From Candidatus Uhrbacteria bacterium RIFCSPLOWO2_01_FULL_47_17 (GTDB taxonomy: Bacteria > Patescibacteriota > Patescibacteriia > UBA9934 > GWF2-40-263): a stretch of 64,000 nt of DNA. A program made the position numbers and the translations under genes. The notes below the pieces were generated by a model that ran no database searches, was not told the origin of the DNA, and saw only the letters and a program-made list of their open reading frames with translations. The DNA is taken from NCBI GenBank assembly GCA_001791305.1, contig MGEI01000005.1:44488-108487 (forward strand), given 5' to 3'. Of the stretch, positions 62,219 through 64,000 are shown one piece after another; within the stretch, counting starts at the first letter, position 1; each line of letters opens with the position of its first letter.

Positions 62219-62512
62219 ATGGTCACCAAGGAATGTGTCTTCAAGGCAATTGAAGCGATTGCCGATTTCGTGCATGAACATCATGGACATTTGATGGTCC
62301 AAGACGTTGCGCGGCTGACGCTTGCGTTGCGGGAACAGTCGCACTTCGAGTGCGTCATCGGCGTTCCGGGTCTCTACTCGATCGACGCCGGGACGACCAA
62401 GCAGATCGTGCGCGTGCGTATTTATCAGGGTGTGCACTCGAACGAACTGACCGACTCCCTGATCGCTCGCATCCTCGACGGCAACGCCTGGACGCACGAT
62501 GTGTCGCAGTAG
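62219..62512 (+). CDS. Array gene 2: hypothetical protein (97 aa)
   Basis: AGAGG RBS then MVTKECVFKAIEAIAD; the longer track ORF runs through repeat copy A. Confidence 0.65.
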   Translation: MVTKECVFKAIEAIADFVHEHHGHLMVQDVARLTLALREQSHFECVIGVPGLYSIDAGTTKQIVRVRIYQGVHSNELTDSLIARILDGNAWTHDVSQ

Positions 62513-62630
62513 TTCTCGACTTCGCGTCGGAACTTCGCTCTTTGAAACAATTTCGACTTGCCGCCAACAGCTTCACTGTTGGCGGACTCGACTTCGTTCA
62601 TCACCTCCGATCGCCGGATGTGTGGTGCGC
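62511..62630 (+). repeat. Structured intergenic element, copy B (covariant)
   Basis: AGTTCTCGAC-TTCGC-GTCGGAACT, CGCTCTTTGAAACA, CCGCCAACAG-CTTCA-CTGTTGGCGG, ACTCGAC, CATCAC..TCCG..CGGA..GTGGTG. Confidence 0.85.
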
Positions 62631-62650
62631 GGAGCAGAGTCTGGTTCTGT

Positions 62651-62677
62651 GTTATAGGCGGGGTCCCCTGACCCCGC
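62651..62677 (+). repeat. REP-like unit, same family as 29855-29951
   Basis: GTTATAGGCGGGGTCCCCTGACCCCGC. Confidence 0.7.
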
Positions 62678-62730
62678 GAGGTTTGCACAACAACCGCCCG
62701 CCCAAGTTTGGGTCGGCAACAAGGAAAAGC

Positions 62731-63513
62731 ATGTTCCATTTCGGAAAGTCAAAGTCGAATCCCATTCACGACTCGAGGAAGCCTGTCCGCGAGGACGCCT
62801 TCGAAGTCCCCTGGACAGATCGTGAGGACGACATGGAAATCGACGACAACGTGAACTACGGCGTGCGGCAATCGCTGCGCAAGAACCGCAAGTTGAACGC
62901 CCAGATGAACATGAACACGAAAATCACGGAGCTGCAGTGGATGTTCCGGATGAGCTATGCGGAGGCCGTGAAGATGATCGCCGACGTACAGCGCGACAAG
63001 CCGAAGCGGACGCGCGAACAGCGCAGCGACCTGTACCTCGAGTCGAACCCCGACGGCGAGGACAAGATCGCAGCGCTCAAGAAGCGCTACGCCAGTCGGT
63101 GCCTCATCCGGTACTTCATCAACAAGGCGCACAACAGCTTCACCTGGAAGAACTCGAACCGCACGGCGAACAGGCAGTGGAACCGCCACGAGCCGACCGT
63201 TCACGTCCCGTGGACGATCGGCGAAGAGACGTGCGCGACGTACCTCGTGCAACAGCGCGAAGACGAGCAGGAACGGCACGAACACGCCATGTACATCGCT
63301 CGCGAAATGGAGCGTGAGAATGAGCTCGAACTCGCCGCTGCCCGTTGGGACGCGGCGCTCGAAGCGGAAATGGACGCATTCAAAGAACTCGAGCGTCGCT
63401 ACGACAAGGGCAAGTGGTGCCTCAAGCTCGACACCAAGCCCGATCTCGATCGGATCGACGTGTTGGAGCAGCACTTCGACAGCGGCGCCAAGGTCTACCG
63501 GCACGCGGCCTAG
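62731..63513 (+). CDS. Array gene 3: hypothetical charged, helical protein (260 aa)
   Basis: AAGGA RBS then MFHFGKSKSNP; strongly GC3-biased codons. Confidence 0.75.
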   Translation: MFHFGKSKSNPIHDSRKPVREDAFEVPWTDREDDMEIDDNVNYGVRQSLRKNRKLNAQMNMNTKITELQWMFRMSYAEAVKMIADVQRDKPKRTREQRSDLYLESNPDGEDKIAALKKRYASRCLIRYFINKAHNSFTWKNSNRTANRQWNRHEPTVHVPWTIGEETCATYLVQQREDEQERHEHAMYIAREMERENELELAAARWDAALEAEMDAFKELERRYDKGKWCLKLDTKPDLDRIDVLEQHFDSGAKVYRHAA

Positions 63514-63530
63514 TTCCTTCAACAACATCC

Positions 63531-63651
63531 CTCTCACTTAGCCTCGCGCGAATGAGAGACTCGCTCTTTGAAACAAAGGTCTGCCCGCAGCTGCTTCACA
63601 GCTGCGGGACTCGACTTCGAACATCACTTCCGATAGACGGATGTGGTGCGC
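63531..63651 (+). repeat. Structured intergenic element, copy C
   Basis: The first hairpin closely matches copy A and the CTTCA hairpin is identical to copy A; CGCTCTTTGAAACA; the third hairpin matches copy B. Confidence 0.9.
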
Positions 63652-63681
63652 GATGAGGGTCAACAACGGAGGAAGAAAAAG

Positions 63682-63990
63682 ATGAATGCCAGGCAAGCTC
63701 TCGAAAAGATTCGGGCGATCGATCGAGATCACAACCGAGCTTACTGGAACGATGTGGATCGACTCCTCAAGGAGTTCGAACCGGTGTTCGAGGACGATCC
63801 TGAAGGGTTCGAAATCAACATCGGTCGGGCCGCTTCGTTTCGCGTCTCACTGCGCAAAGGCGGATACCGCGTGCTTCGCTGGTCGCATTGGGCACACGTG
63901 TACGATCCGACGCCGATGGCCAACGAGGCAAATGCGACCGAAGTTTTCGACCGCATTCTCGAAGCCGTCACCGCGCCGGCTGCTGCGTAG
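63682..63990 (+). CDS. Array gene 4: hypothetical protein (102 aa)
   Basis: GGAGG RBS then MNARQALEKIRAIDRD. Confidence 0.7.
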   Translation: MNARQALEKIRAIDRDHNRAYWNDVDRLLKEFEPVFEDDPEGFEINIGRAASFRVSLRKGGYRVLRWSHWAHVYDPTPMANEANATEVFDRILEAVTAPAAA

Positions 63991-64000
63991 TTCAATCAAC

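Noticed and set aside
62350-62730. N-terminal extension of the 387-aa ORF
   Set aside because: It overlaps gene 2 and repeat copy B; an RBS and ATG at 62731 mark the likely start.
62749-63537. 262-aa minus-strand ORF
   Set aside because: Antisense shadow of array gene 3, a by-product of GC3-rich codons.
62040-63651. CRISPR array or integron attC sites
   Set aside because: Repeats are 90-120 nt and separated by whole genes; there are no RYYYAAC/GTTRRRY attC ends and no cas or intI gene in the window.

Overview
A 64-kb stretch of bacterial chromosome. Its gene content points to Patescibacteria/CPR, plausibly Uhrbacteria-like (inference): giant secreted Cys-rich proteins, a CPR-type pilin, an archaeal-type cytidylate kinase and few Shine-Dalgarno sites. 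The backbone is housekeeping: rsmA, prfB with its +1 frameshift, groESL with a CIRCE operator, yidC, nusA, argS, valS, CCA enzyme, rplS, uvrA, secG, rnj, trpS, RNase P RNA, five intact tRNAs and cell-envelope glycosylation genes. The most unusual items are: (1) from about 61.4 kb to the window end, an array of small GC-rich orphan genes behind a strong promoter and a leader terminator, separated by three copies of a structured element (hairpin, boxA-like CGCTCTTTGAMACA, covarying 10-bp hairpin with a CTTCA loop, ACTCGAC); (2) a cryptic tRNA-like gene at 58587-58741 with Ala identity (G3:U70, A73), a CGA anticodon, a 79-nt structured insertion in the T-loop, and an upstream 10-nt segment complementary to its anticodon arm; (3) a RaSEA-like radical SAM gene divergent from an AsnRS paralog lacking the anticodon-binding domain; (4) a tRNA-Ile with a UAU anticodon; (5) several families of dispersed palindromes and short tandem repeats, some in-frame inside genes. 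All calls were made by eye from the sequence and the ORF track; no database searches were run.
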